A stretch of DNA of 64,000 nt from Coraliomargaritaceae bacterium (GTDB lineage Bacteria > Verrucomicrobiota > Verrucomicrobiia > Opitutales > Coraliomargaritaceae). The notes below the pieces were generated by a model. That model was not told the origin of the DNA, ran no database searches, and saw only the letters and a list, made by a program, of their open reading frames with translations. Below are positions 1 to 9,531 of this stretch, in pieces. The stretch's first letter is position 1, and each line of letters begins with the position of its first letter. The position numbers and the translations under genes were made by a program. The stretch lies in the NCBI GenBank assembly GCA_965656495.1, contig CBFHKU010000001.1, positions 82,781 to 146,780 of the forward strand, written 5' to 3'.

Positions 1-435
1 TTCCGCAATCGCTTTGGTGTGGGCGTAATGACAGAGCCAACGGGAACCGTAGGGGAGGGATTCATCTGCGCCGGAAAATGCTTGCCGATTAAAGACCACG
101 CTGGGGGTGCTGGTATACACCAAACGCCCGATGCCGTGCTTGCGGCAGGCCGCCACCACGTGCCGCGCGCCCAGAACGTTGGGTTGATAAAAACTGTTCC
201 AGTTGCCCCAGATGCCCGCTTTGGCAGCGACGTGAAAGACCGCGTCCATGCCCGCGCAGGCGGTCGCGACCGCTGCGGCGTCGGCGAGGTCGCCGGTATG
301 GCATGCAACGCCCAGCGCTTCCAGTTCCGGCTGGGGGCTGCGTCCAAAACTCCGCACCGTGTAACCGCGCGCCAAGAGGCGGTCGATCAAATGCCGCCCG
401 ACGAATCCGCCCCCTCCGGTTACGAGGACTTTCAT
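1..435 (-). CDS. oleD: OleD-like NAD(P)-dependent epimerase/dehydratase (3-beta-HSD family), runs off the left edge of the window
   Basis: Hand translation from ATG 435: MKVLVTGGGGFVGRHL...VFHVAAKAGIWG...LVYTSTPSVVF...HYAHTKAIAE (Rossmann GxxGxxG, YxxxK). The start overlaps the oleC stop (ATGA). Not in the ORF track because it is truncated. Confidence 0.85.
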   Translation of the reverse strand, partial: MKVLVTGGGGFVGRHLIDRLLARGYTVRSFGRSPQPELEALGVACHTGDLADAAAVATACAGMDAVFHVAAKAGIWGNWNSFYQPNVLGARHVVAACRKHGIGRLVYTSTPSVVFNRQAFSGADESLPYGSRWLCHYAHTKAIAE

Positions 436-2045
436 GCGCCGCCCTCCTGTTTGTTGTTCCATTTGCGGCGGAGGCTGAGGCGGTGAATTTTGGCATTGTG
501 CCGCACGTCCACCGGGAATTTTTCCTGAAAGAAGAATGTATCAATGCTCGCGGTCATGGAGTTTTCCTCACAGAGGGTGCGCAGTTCGTTTTCAAAGGCA
601 AGGCGCTGGTCGGAGTTTCGGGGCAAGGCGCCCGATTCCGGTTCGATGACGACTGCGGCTTGATCGCCAAATTGAATGAGGGCCGAGCGAAAGACGCGGG
701 GGTGTTGATTCACGATCGCCTCGCAACAATCGGGGTAAAGCATTCCGGCGGCGGTCTCAACTTTTTCGGCCTGACGCCCGCAGAACCAGAGACGACCCTC
801 CCCATCGAGGTAACCGAGGTCGCCCATGCGGTGCCAAAAGCCGAGCCCGTCCTGAATCTTGGCGCGGGTGGTGGCGTCGGGTAATTGATCGTAGCGGCGG
901 GTGGCGGTGGGACTGCGGGCGATGATTTCACCGACCGTTCCGGTGGGGCAGGGACGGGTGGCGCCGAGTTCCGCGATGGGGCCGTCGGTCGCTTCAATGA
1001 TGCGGATCTCGACTCCGGGGAGGGCTTTCCCGACGCAGGAACCCGCGCCGGTGCGGGTGCGCTCGGCGGTCTCGTTGAGGATTTCGCGCGCCTCGATGGA
1101 ACAGAGCGGGAGGGCTTCAGTCGCGCCATAGGGGGTATGGAGTTCCGCGCCCGGGAAGACGGTTTGCATTTCGGCGAGGAGGTCGGGCGGGACGGAAGCC
1201 CCGGCGAGGAGGATACGCTTCATGCCGGGCAGGGTGATTGACTGGGCTCGGCAATGGCGGGTGATCTTTGCCCAGAGCGCGGGTGAACCGAAACTATTAG
1301 TGACTTGGTTTTGCCGGATCGCCTGCACAATTTTTCCGGGATCGACGCTCGCGGGTCGACTGGGGTTCATCTCAGGAACGACCGTGCACATTCCGAGGGC
1401 GGGATTAAAAAGCGCAAAGACCGGCAGCATTGGGAGGTCGACTTCGCCCGGCGCGATGCCGTAACCACTGCGGATCGCCTCCACTTGGGCGGCAAACATC
1501 CCGTGTTCGTAGCAGACCCCTTTGGCGGGACCGGTGGAACCGGAGGTGAAGAGGATTGCGGCGAGTTCATCCGGCGCGGAATCGACTACGGGGAAAGCGG
1601 TGCGGGGGGCGTTCGGCGGGAGCTTGGGCGCGAGGCGGATGCGGACTCCGGAAAAACTGCGGCGGGCGAGGATCGCGACCAGGCGGGCGGCGGGGATCCC
1701 GATGAGGGCTTCCGGTTGGGAATGCCGCACGCAATTCAGGAAACGGCGAAGCCCCATCCCGGGGTCAATCACGATGGGAACCGCGCCCATTTTAAAGAGG
1801 GCAAAGACGGTGCGGATGAGGTCGAGCCCGGGGCGCACCATGAGGAGGACCCGGGTGCCGCGTTGGATGCCGCGCTCTTGAAAGTGGTGGGCGAGGGCGG
1901 CGGCCTCCGTTTCCAGTTCCGCGAAGCTGCGCTCGAGGTAGCGGATCACCCCTGCGGGGTTGCGTCCGGAGGGCGCGCGCACCGCGGCCTGCCCGGGGTG
2001 AAGGCGGGCTTGCTCGGCGAGGAAGTGGGCGACGTTGTGTGGCAT
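432..2045 (-). CDS. oleC: OleC-like AMP-dependent ligase (olefin beta-lactone synthetase / fatty acid-CoA ligase family)
   Basis: AMP-binding motifs FTSGSTGPAKG, TPYGATEALP and HRMGD; C-terminal FPVDVRHNAKI typical of OleC; adjacent to oleD. Start chosen at MPHNVAHFL. Confidence 0.85.
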   Translation of the reverse strand: MPHNVAHFLAEQARLHPGQAAVRAPSGRNPAGVIRYLERSFAELETEAAALAHHFQERGIQRGTRVLLMVRPGLDLIRTVFALFKMGAVPIVIDPGMGLRRFLNCVRHSQPEALIGIPAARLVAILARRSFSGVRIRLAPKLPPNAPRTAFPVVDSAPDELAAILFTSGSTGPAKGVCYEHGMFAAQVEAIRSGYGIAPGEVDLPMLPVFALFNPALGMCTVVPEMNPSRPASVDPGKIVQAIRQNQVTNSFGSPALWAKITRHCRAQSITLPGMKRILLAGASVPPDLLAEMQTVFPGAELHTPYGATEALPLCSIEAREILNETAERTRTGAGSCVGKALPGVEIRIIEATDGPIAELGATRPCPTGTVGEIIARSPTATRRYDQLPDATTRAKIQDGLGFWHRMGDLGYLDGEGRLWFCGRQAEKVETAAGMLYPDCCEAIVNQHPRVFRSALIQFGDQAAVVIEPESGALPRNSDQRLAFENELRTLCEENSMTASIDTFFFQEKFPVDVRHNAKIHRLSLRRKWNNKQEGGA

Positions 2046-2119
2046 GGCAACGCTCCCTATGACGAAGCGCGGAGCCGCTCCTGCCAAGCTCAAAGCGTGC
2101 CTTGCCGCACCGGCGGAAC

Positions 2120-4024
2120 TTAGAATTTCAAGCGCGCCCCGAGGTAAGCGGCGCAACCGGAGTTACTGAATCCCCGAGTATAGGTGAAGTGCTGGTCGAA
2201 TAGATTTTCCACTCTGCCATAGAGCGTGAATGCGCTGTTCAGTTGCCAATCACCGTAGAGACGGAAAAGTTCGTAATCTTCATGTCGGGTTCCTGCAGGT
2301 TCTTCCCGGTCGATCGCAGCTTGAAAGCCGAGGCCGAGACGAATGCTTTGGCTGGCTTCCCAATCGAGGTTGGCCGCGATGCTGTGCTTGGGGCGGCGAA
2401 TCAGGCGCGCTCCGGGGCCATCGGCGTAAAAATAGGTGCCTGCACTGACCTCGGCTTGTAGGTAGGTGTAGGCGAGGCGACTGGAAACGGTCTTTGTAAT
2501 TTGCCAAGTGAGTTCCGATTCCACGCCGTCTTGCTCTGTATCGACCACTTCATAATTGGTAACTGGATAGCCGCTGTCGTCATCAACAAGGTTTTTTATC
2601 CGTGAGTTGAAATAAATCATGCCGAGGTTTAACCGTGCATCGTTGAACGACTGCTTGAAGCCGATTTCCCATGACTGGCTCTCTTCGGGTTCAAGCTTAC
2701 CTGCGAGTCGGGCGATGTCATTTGCCTCGGCGGGAGCCATACCGGTGCCGTATTTCAGGAAGAGCCGAGTGTCGCTACTTGGAAAGTAGTAGCTAAATTC
2801 AGCGTTGCCAGTGGTGAAATTTTTAAAGCGGTCGAAGCGGTCATAACGCATTGAACCGATGAAGCGCAGTGAGTCGGAGATGTCGCAGATCGCCTGAGCG
2901 AAAGCAGCCTGATTGCGGTAGCTGTATTGAAAAGGACGGGTTGAGGGTGAGCCATCATTATCTTTTGGTGCACGATCATAATTGAGTTCCAGATAGTTGA
3001 ATCCCGCAGTGATTAAAAAAGGCAGATCATCCGGCATGAAATGGGTCATGGCCTGAACCTCATTGACGCTTTCTTTGAAAGTAAAATTACCGTTACCCCA
3101 AAAGTTGTAGTAGGGCGATTCACTAGCCTCGAAGCTATTGCGGGAAAAAGAATATAAGAGACTTGCGCTGAGGACTTCACTGGCACTGAAGCTGAGGCCT
3201 GGGGAGAGGAGAAAACTCTCGGTCTTATTTATTTCCTCGGCGGGATAGATTGAGGAACTTTCACTGCCCGGAACACCGAGTTTGCTGTCATAATAGAGTC
3301 CCTGAAAATCAAACTTAAGTTTCGGGTTGATTGCATAGCTCGCATAGAGGTTCCCAGCGGTTCGCTCGTAATCACTGTTGGGACGGTCGTTTTCGGTCTC
3401 AAAATAACTTACGCCCGCCGAGACGCTGAAATTTTCACCACCGATCAAGGTTTCATACTTCCCAAGCAAACTATTAAAAGAGCCATACTCCGCCGTTAAA
3501 ACCGTGCTCTCTTCGTTGGGGCTCGCCTCACGACTTCTCAAGTCAATGACCCCTCCGATTGCATCCGATCCATAAAGGCTCGAAGAGGGTCCGCGTACAA
3601 ACTCCACCGAGCTTAAATTTTCAATTCCCAGAGAACTCAAGTCATATTGTCCAAAGGTCCCTGCAGGGAGGCGGCGACCGTTCAAAAAAATAGCGGTATG
3701 GTTGGATTCGGTGCCACGGGTAAATAGACTCGCGAGCGCTCCTGTGTGTCCATTCTGAACGACTGTGGTGCCCGGAAGCTCTTTGAGCACGTCGGGAAGG
3801 CTGAAGTACTGCCGTTGCTCGAGAGTTGCGGCATCGATGAAACTGGTCGAAATACTCAGTTTTCCCAGTTCAACCGGCGTGCGGGTCGCCACCACCACGT
3901 AGGGATTCAGCTCATGCTCCATTTCCGGTCCCTTTTCGGTGGGAGCGGCGAGTAATGCCGAGCCAATGAATAATCCACTGCAGAAGAGCGCTGCGGTGCT
4001 TTTATGAGTTTTTTCCGATGTCAT
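2120..4024 (-). CDS. TonB-dependent outer membrane receptor (BtuB-like size)
   Basis: Signal peptide, plug motifs VVVATRT, RGTESNHT and EFVRGPSSSLYGSDAIGGVI, C-terminal ENLFD...LKF. Confidence 0.9.
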   Translation of the reverse strand: MTSEKTHKSTAALFCSGLFIGSALLAAPTEKGPEMEHELNPYVVVATRTPVELGKLSISTSFIDAATLEQRQYFSLPDVLKELPGTTVVQNGHTGALASLFTRGTESNHTAIFLNGRRLPAGTFGQYDLSSLGIENLSSVEFVRGPSSSLYGSDAIGGVIDLRSREASPNEESTVLTAEYGSFNSLLGKYETLIGGENFSVSAGVSYFETENDRPNSDYERTAGNLYASYAINPKLKFDFQGLYYDSKLGVPGSESSSIYPAEEINKTESFLLSPGLSFSASEVLSASLLYSFSRNSFEASESPYYNFWGNGNFTFKESVNEVQAMTHFMPDDLPFLITAGFNYLELNYDRAPKDNDGSPSTRPFQYSYRNQAAFAQAICDISDSLRFIGSMRYDRFDRFKNFTTGNAEFSYYFPSSDTRLFLKYGTGMAPAEANDIARLAGKLEPEESQSWEIGFKQSFNDARLNLGMIYFNSRIKNLVDDDSGYPVTNYEVVDTEQDGVESELTWQITKTVSSRLAYTYLQAEVSAGTYFYADGPGARLIRRPKHSIAANLDWEASQSIRLGLGFQAAIDREEPAGTRHEDYELFRLYGDWQLNSAFTLYGRVENLFDQHFTYTRGFSNSGCAAYLGARLKF

Positions 4025-4045
4025 GCATGGGGTATATTCCGCCTT

Positions 4046-4091
4046 GATAATGAGAATCAAGGATAATTAATCTATGAGAATCAATCTCATA
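4046..4091. promoter_or_regulatory. Two Fur-box-like sites upstream of the TonB-dependent receptor
   Basis: GATAATGAGAATCAA (4046-4060) and palindromic TATGAGAATCAATCTCATA (4073-4091) resemble the Fur consensus GATAATGATAATCATTATC. Confidence 0.6.
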
Positions 4092-4222
4092 AAAACTCAG
4101 TCTGCTCCGATGGGACAGAGCGAGCGTGATGCTGGCTTAAAAAGCGGGATGGGCGGGATGCGCGCGGTATTTTGAGACAAATTCTCAGCCAAACAAAATT
4201 TTTACGCTTGGGGTGTGGATTG

Positions 4223-5041
4223 CTAGTTATTTGCTGCTGGTTGGCGTTGTCGACGCGCTTCGTAGAGGCAGACTGCGGCGGTGGCGGCGACATTGAGGGA
4301 ATCGGCCTGCCCTGTCATCGGGATGAGGATGGTCTGAGCGGCGGACTGAATCCAGTAATCGGAGAGGCCGGAGTGTTCACTGCCGAGGATGAGGGCGGAG
4401 GCTTGGGTGAAGTCACAGTCCCAGTGGAGGGTGCTGGCGGCGGGGGTGGTGGCGCAGGTTTGGATCTGGTGCTTGGTGAGCCATTGGGCGAGGGCGTCGC
4501 GCTCGGCGGTGACAAGGGGAAGGGCAAAGAGGAGACCCTGCGAGGAGCGAATGGCGTTGGGATTGTAGGGGTCGAGGACGCAGTCGACGAGGATGACGGC
4601 ATCGGCGCCGGCGCCATCGGCAGAGCGAAGGATTGCGCCGAGGTTGCCGGGTTTTTCAATGCCCTCGAGGATGAGGAGGAGGGGGTTCTCGGGGAGCTGG
4701 AGTGCTTCGAGGGCGTGGCTTTGTTGATGACCGACCGCGATGATACCATCGGGGCCTTCGCGCTGGGTGGCTTTGTCGAAGGCCTCGGGGCTGAGGCGGA
4801 CTAGGGCGGGCTGTTCGGAGGCGCGGCGGGTACGGATAAATTCGGAATGCGCCTCGGTGGGGAAATGCTCGGGGCAATAGTAGATGGTTTCAATGGCATA
4901 GCCCGCTTGGAGGGCGTGACTGAGTTCGCGAAGCCCTTCCACCAGGAAACGTTCCTGTCGGTCGCGGTATTTGCGCTCGCGCAGCTTCACGAGGTTTTTG
5001 ATCTGCTCGTTGTGGCGGCTCTGGATGTAGGCGTCTTCCAT
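4223..5041 (-). CDS. TrmH/SpoU-family RNA 2'-O-methyltransferase
   Basis: Motifs EKPGNLGAILRSAD, LGSEHSGLS and IPMTGQADSLNVA; start at MEDAYIQS. Confidence 0.9.
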   Translation of the reverse strand: MEDAYIQSRHNEQIKNLVKLRERKYRDRQERFLVEGLRELSHALQAGYAIETIYYCPEHFPTEAHSEFIRTRRASEQPALVRLSPEAFDKATQREGPDGIIAVGHQQSHALEALQLPENPLLLILEGIEKPGNLGAILRSADGAGADAVILVDCVLDPYNPNAIRSSQGLLFALPLVTAERDALAQWLTKHQIQTCATTPAASTLHWDCDFTQASALILGSEHSGLSDYWIQSAAQTILIPMTGQADSLNVAATAAVCLYEARRQRQPAANN

Positions 5042-5131
5042 CTTGTCATAGGAGGTTGTTCGAAGGAGGGGCGGCTGTGAAGTTAGAATTCTAATCTTTT
5101 CCTGCGCCCAAAATATGTCCAGTAGTGAAGG

Positions 5132-6355
5132 ATGCCGAGTGACGTGCCCAAAAATTTTATACCTGAACCCTTCGCCTATCATGAAGAGGTCTGCTTTGAA
5201 GTAGAGCGCCTCACCAATCTTGGAATGGGAGTGGGTCGGGTGAACGGCTGGGTGGTGATGGTTCCGTTTGTGATACCCGGTGAACGGGTGCGGGCTCGCA
5301 TCTTCCGGAATTTCTCGAATTATTCCGACGCCGATTTATTGGGGGTGCAGGAGGCCTCGCCCGATCGGGTGGAGCCCGGCTGTCCGCTATTTCAAAAATG
5401 CGGGGGCTGCCAGTATCAACATATTGAATACAAGCGGCAGTTGGGGGCGAAGCGCGAACAGGTGGTGGAGTTAATGGAGCGACTCGGTGGTATCACGCAT
5501 CCGGTGGAGCGGCCCATTGGTTCCCCGCAGCTTTATGGCTACCGCTCAAAGCTAACTCCGCATTATAATCGTCCCGCCGCAGATGGTTCCCAACCGATTG
5601 GGTTTCTGCGATATGGTCGGCGGCGGGAGATTGTGGACGCCCCGCAATGCCCGATTGCGACGGAGGCGATCAATGCCGCTTTGCCGGAAGCCCGGGCAGA
5701 GGCGCAGCGAGCGGGAGGGAAGAAACGGCGCCAACGGGGCGGCACTTTGCTGTTGCGCGATGTTTTGGAAGGGGTCGTCAGTGATCCACAGGCGGTGGTT
5801 TCCGAGCGGGTCGGGGAGGTAACCTTCCAATACAAGGCAGGGGAGTTCTTCCAAAACAATCCCTTTATCCTCCCTGAATTGGTTCGCTATGTCGCGGCGG
5901 AAGCGCAGTCGGAGGGCGCGCGATATTTGGTGGATGCCTATTGCGGGGTCGGGCTTTTTGCCTTGTCGCTGGCGCGGGATTTTGAATCGGTCGTTGGGGT
6001 CGAGATCAGTCAGGCCTCGGTTTTATGGGCGCAGGCGAATGCGCGCATCAGCGGGATTGATAACGCGCGTTTCTTGATCGGAAAAGCGGAGGCGATTTTC
6101 AAGGGGCTGGACTTTCCGGCAGAAGAGACCGCCCTTGTAATTGACCCGCCGCGCAAGGGTTGCGACCCGGACTTCCGGGAGCAACTGCTAGCCTTTAGGC
6201 CCGCCCGCTTGGTTTATGTCTCGTGTGACCCCGCCACGCAGGCGCGTGATTTAGAGGTATTTACCGCCGGCGGTTACCGCATCACCCGGATTCAGCCCTT
6301 CGATCTTTTCCCGCACACCCGCCATATCGAAAATGTGGTGAGTCTTGCCCTCTAG
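5132..6355 (+). CDS. RlmD/TrmA-family RNA (uracil-5)-methyltransferase with TRAM domain
   Basis: CPLFQKCGGCQYQH Fe-S motif, FFQNN, DAYCGVG, DPPRKG, YVSCDPATQARD, DLFPHTRHIE. Confidence 0.9.
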   Translation: MPSDVPKNFIPEPFAYHEEVCFEVERLTNLGMGVGRVNGWVVMVPFVIPGERVRARIFRNFSNYSDADLLGVQEASPDRVEPGCPLFQKCGGCQYQHIEYKRQLGAKREQVVELMERLGGITHPVERPIGSPQLYGYRSKLTPHYNRPAADGSQPIGFLRYGRRREIVDAPQCPIATEAINAALPEARAEAQRAGGKKRRQRGGTLLLRDVLEGVVSDPQAVVSERVGEVTFQYKAGEFFQNNPFILPELVRYVAAEAQSEGARYLVDAYCGVGLFALSLARDFESVVGVEISQASVLWAQANARISGIDNARFLIGKAEAIFKGLDFPAEETALVIDPPRKGCDPDFREQLLAFRPARLVYVSCDPATQARDLEVFTAGGYRITRIQPFDLFPHTRHIENVVSLAL

Positions 6356-6446
6356 GGCGTTTTTCAGGAGGTCTTTAAATAGGATTGACTCGGCGCGCCT
6401 GGATCCTTTTATTGGTGGGCTTTTTCACTTAATAGGAGAATTATTT

Positions 6447-6647
6447 ATGTCATTAGATGTCCAAGTCCGCAAAGGAGAACCGATGGAGCGCGCCCTGCGT
6501 CGCCTCAAGAAACGCCTCGACCGTGAGGGCGTGATTCGCGACGTGCGCGCGAAGCGTTATTTTGAAAAGCCTTCACAGGCGAAGCGTCGCAAGAACAAGG
6601 AGCTCGATTTCAACAACATGCTCCGTGTTCGCTATTCCAAAATGTAG
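6447..6647 (+). CDS. rpsU: 30S ribosomal protein S21
   Basis: VQVRKGEPMERALRRLKK...RYFEKPS; AGGAG Shine-Dalgarno upstream of ATG 6447. Confidence 0.95.
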   Translation: MSLDVQVRKGEPMERALRRLKKRLDREGVIRDVRAKRYFEKPSQAKRRKNKELDFNNMLRVRYSKM

Positions 6648-6690
6648 CGCCTGAAGGCTGAGGTTTTAACTAGCTTCAATGATTTTTTTC

Positions 6691-6729
6691 GACCCCGGTG
6701 ATGCTCTCTAGGCACTCGGGGTCTTTTTA
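6691..6729 (+). terminator. Probable intrinsic terminator after rpsU
   Basis: GACCCCGGTG...CACTCGGGGTC stem followed by TTTTT. Confidence 0.6.
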
Positions 6730-6738
6730 TTTAATACA

Positions 6739-7773
6739 ATGAGTTCACTTTCTGATCGCCTCGCTCTGTCATCCTGTTGGTGCTCTGCCCGACACGAGGA
6801 CGGTTACGCGATGGTTGAGGAAATGGTGGAGCTGGGCTTCAAGCGGATTGAGTTGAGCCACGGGATTCGCATCGCCTTGGTGCCGGGTATTTTGAAGGCG
6901 GTCGAGGAAAAGCTGGTGGAAGTAGGCTCGGTGCACAATTTTTGCCCTTTGCCGCCGAGTGCCTGGCAAGCGGCCCCCAATCTTTTTGAGCCGGCTTCAG
7001 CCGACAAACGGGAGCGGGCTCTCTGGCAACGCTACACTGAGCAAACCCTTGATTTCGCGGTCAAAGTCGGGGCGCCCAAGGTTGTTATGCATTCCGGGAG
7101 CGCTTGGTTTTTCTTCAGCTCAGCGGAGGCAAAATTCGAGCGTTGGCTCTCTGCGCAGAAACGCGAGCGTATCGAAGCGGAGCGCGCCAAATTGAAGGGC
7201 GAGGATGCCGATGCCAGCGAATTGGTGGAGGTCAATGAATTTGAATTGGAAACGGAACTCTACGCCAGCGCCGCCTTCAAGCGCCGACGTGACCGCGCCC
7301 TGCGCCGTATCAAACGCGCCTCCAAGAAAAACCTGCGATTCCTGAATGAGAGCTATGCCACCATCTTGCCCTACGCCAAGGAACGCGGTCTGCACCTGGG
7401 CCTTGAAAATCGCGAGGGGTTGGAGGAATTACCGCTGGATGCCGCCTTCCCTGATTTTCTGGAAGCACTGGAAGACACCAGCACTTTTGGTTATTGGCAT
7501 GACACCGGACACGCCCAGTTGAAGCACCGCCTCGGTTTGCTCGATCACCGCGCCCACCTCGAAGCGATGGCACCGCGTTTGATTGGCTTCCATTTGCACG
7601 ATGTCTCAGAGGGCGGGCGCGATCACCGCGTGCCCGGCACCGGGACGATTGATTTTAAGATGGTCTCGGAATTTATCCGCCCCGAGCACGCGCTCGTCCT
7701 GGAACTGAGCCCCTCCCTCAGTCGCGATCAGGTGCGCGCCTCGCGGGACTACTTGCTCGAAACCCTCACATAA
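6739..7773 (+). CDS. Sugar phosphate isomerase/epimerase (AP endonuclease 2 TIM barrel) family protein
   Basis: Motifs SVHNF, VVMHSG, LGLENR, WHDTGH, FHLHD, DHRVPGTG and LELS. Confidence 0.8.
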   Translation: MSSLSDRLALSSCWCSARHEDGYAMVEEMVELGFKRIELSHGIRIALVPGILKAVEEKLVEVGSVHNFCPLPPSAWQAAPNLFEPASADKRERALWQRYTEQTLDFAVKVGAPKVVMHSGSAWFFFSSAEAKFERWLSAQKRERIEAERAKLKGEDADASELVEVNEFELETELYASAAFKRRRDRALRRIKRASKKNLRFLNESYATILPYAKERGLHLGLENREGLEELPLDAAFPDFLEALEDTSTFGYWHDTGHAQLKHRLGLLDHRAHLEAMAPRLIGFHLHDVSEGGRDHRVPGTGTIDFKMVSEFIRPEHALVLELSPSLSRDQVRASRDYLLETLT

Positions 7774-7939
7774 AATTCGATTATAGCGGTCTTTGGGCTT
7801 GCTTCCGCAGGGACTTTTAACCACTTTGATGCGCTTGTTTCGGGTGTTTTGCCTTGGAACAAGTACAAATCAACAACAACCAACCAACAAAAGAAATTAT
7901 CATTTCTCCCGGGGTTCACGCTCCGGGCTTTGAACGATC

Positions 7940-8761
7940 ATGATCAATACAACTCCACAAGACCTGCTCGATGCAGGCGTCCATTTCGGTCACCAGCTTC
8001 GCCGCTGGAATCCGAAGTCCAAGCCCTACGTTTACGATAACCGTAACGGCATCTCCATCATCGACCTCGCGCAGACCCACGCCCTCTTGGGGAAAGCCTG
8101 TGAATTTGTCGAAAGCACCATTGCCTCCGGTAAGGATATTCTTTTCGTCGGCACCAAGAAGCAGGCGCAGGAAATCATGCGCGAGGCAGCGACCGCCAGC
8201 CAGATGCCATTCTGTGTGAATCGCTGGATGGGTGGAGGACTCACCAATTTTGCCACTATTAAGACCTCGCTCGCGAAATACCGCAAGTTCCTCAAAATGG
8301 AACAGGACGGCGAGCTCGAAAAACTCCCCGGTAAGGAAGAAGCCGCGATCCGTCGGCAAATGTCCCGTATGAATCGGAATTTTGAAGGAATCCTCGAGAT
8401 TAAGGAATTACCGGCTGCTCTTTTCGTGGTCGATACCCTCAACGAGGAAATCGCAGTCGCAGAAGCCAACCGTCTCGGCATCCCCGTTATCGGATTGGTC
8501 GATACCAATTCCGACCCCAGCGTGATCGACTACCCCATCCCGGGGAACGATGACGCCGTGAAGTCAATCCGCATCATTGTGGAAGCCATCATGGAGGCGG
8601 CTCAAAACGGACTTGCCCAGCGCGAAAGCAAGAGCGTCCAAAAAGACGTAACCCCGCTCCCCCGCGAACAGGTCTTTGAGCAGGAAGACGTTGAAGTCAC
8701 CCTCCCTGCAGGTTACGGCGAAGAAGAGGAAAACGCCGAAGCAAATAATGCGGAGCAGTAA
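7940..8761 (+). CDS. rpsB: 30S ribosomal protein S2
   Basis: LLDAGVHFGHQLRRWNPK, FVGTKKQA, DTNSDP, IPGNDDAVKSI. Confidence 0.98.
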   Translation: MINTTPQDLLDAGVHFGHQLRRWNPKSKPYVYDNRNGISIIDLAQTHALLGKACEFVESTIASGKDILFVGTKKQAQEIMREAATASQMPFCVNRWMGGGLTNFATIKTSLAKYRKFLKMEQDGELEKLPGKEEAAIRRQMSRMNRNFEGILEIKELPAALFVVDTLNEEIAVAEANRLGIPVIGLVDTNSDPSVIDYPIPGNDDAVKSIRIIVEAIMEAAQNGLAQRESKSVQKDVTPLPREQVFEQEDVEVTLPAGYGEEEENAEANNAEQ

Positions 8762-8806
8762 ACTGTTCGCCGCGAAATCTTAACATAACTTCGATAGAAT
8801 CGTATC

Positions 8807-9400
8807 ATGAGTGTACAAATTAATGCTAAAATGGTCGGCGAGCTGCGCGAGAGCACAGGCGCTGGATTGATGGACTGCAAAAAAGCCCTGGTTGAATGCG
8901 AGGGCGATTTTGAAAAAGCCGGAGAATGGCTCCGCAAAAAGGGAATCGCTTCCGCCGCCAAAAAAGCGGGTCGCGATGCCAGCGAGGGCTTGATCGACAC
9001 CTACATCCACCTCGGTGGCAAGGTCGGCGTGCTCTGTGAAATTAACTGCGAAAGCGATTTCGTCGCCAAGACCGACGACTTCAAGCAATTCGTTCGCGAC
9101 ATCGCCATGCACATTGCGGCTGCCAGCCCGGTCTGCGTGTCCCGCGATGACATCGATCCTGCGCTGCTTGAAAAAGAGCGCGAAGTCGCACGCGGTCAGG
9201 CCGAGGGCAAGCCCGCTCAGGCGGTTGAGAAAATCGTGGAGGGCAAGGTCAACAAATACCTCAGCGAGAATTGCCTCCTCGAGCAGGCGTACGTCAAGGA
9301 TCCCGATCAAACCGTGCAACAGGTTTTGACCGCCATGATCGCCAAGATGGGTGAGAACATGATGATCAAGCGTTTTGCCCGTTTCCAGATCGGCGCTTAA
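8807..9400 (+). CDS. tsf: Elongation factor Ts (short form)
   Basis: ELRESTGAGLMDCKKAL and EINCESDFVAK; follows rpsB. Confidence 0.97.
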   Translation: MSVQINAKMVGELRESTGAGLMDCKKALVECEGDFEKAGEWLRKKGIASAAKKAGRDASEGLIDTYIHLGGKVGVLCEINCESDFVAKTDDFKQFVRDIAMHIAAASPVCVSRDDIDPALLEKEREVARGQAEGKPAQAVEKIVEGKVNKYLSENCLLEQAYVKDPDQTVQQVLTAMIAKMGENMMIKRFARFQIGA

Positions 9401-9424
9401 AATCCGCAACAAACAAGTTTCAAG

Positions 9425-9454
9425 AAACCAGCCCCGCAAGCGGCTGGTTTTTTT
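9425..9454 (+). terminator. Intrinsic terminator after tsf
   Basis: AAACCAGCC-loop-GGCTGGTTT stem followed by a T run. Confidence 0.8.
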
Positions 9455-9531
9455 GGCTTCCGATTCTTCGCGCAGCCCGTCCAATCAAAGATCACGCTTG
9501 CCTTTATCGGCATCCTTAAGAGCCTTTGCGC

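Noticed and set aside
4090..4222. Cobalamin riboswitch upstream of the BtuB-like receptor
   Set aside because: No B12-box or conserved core recognisable by eye; an Rfam scan would be decisive.
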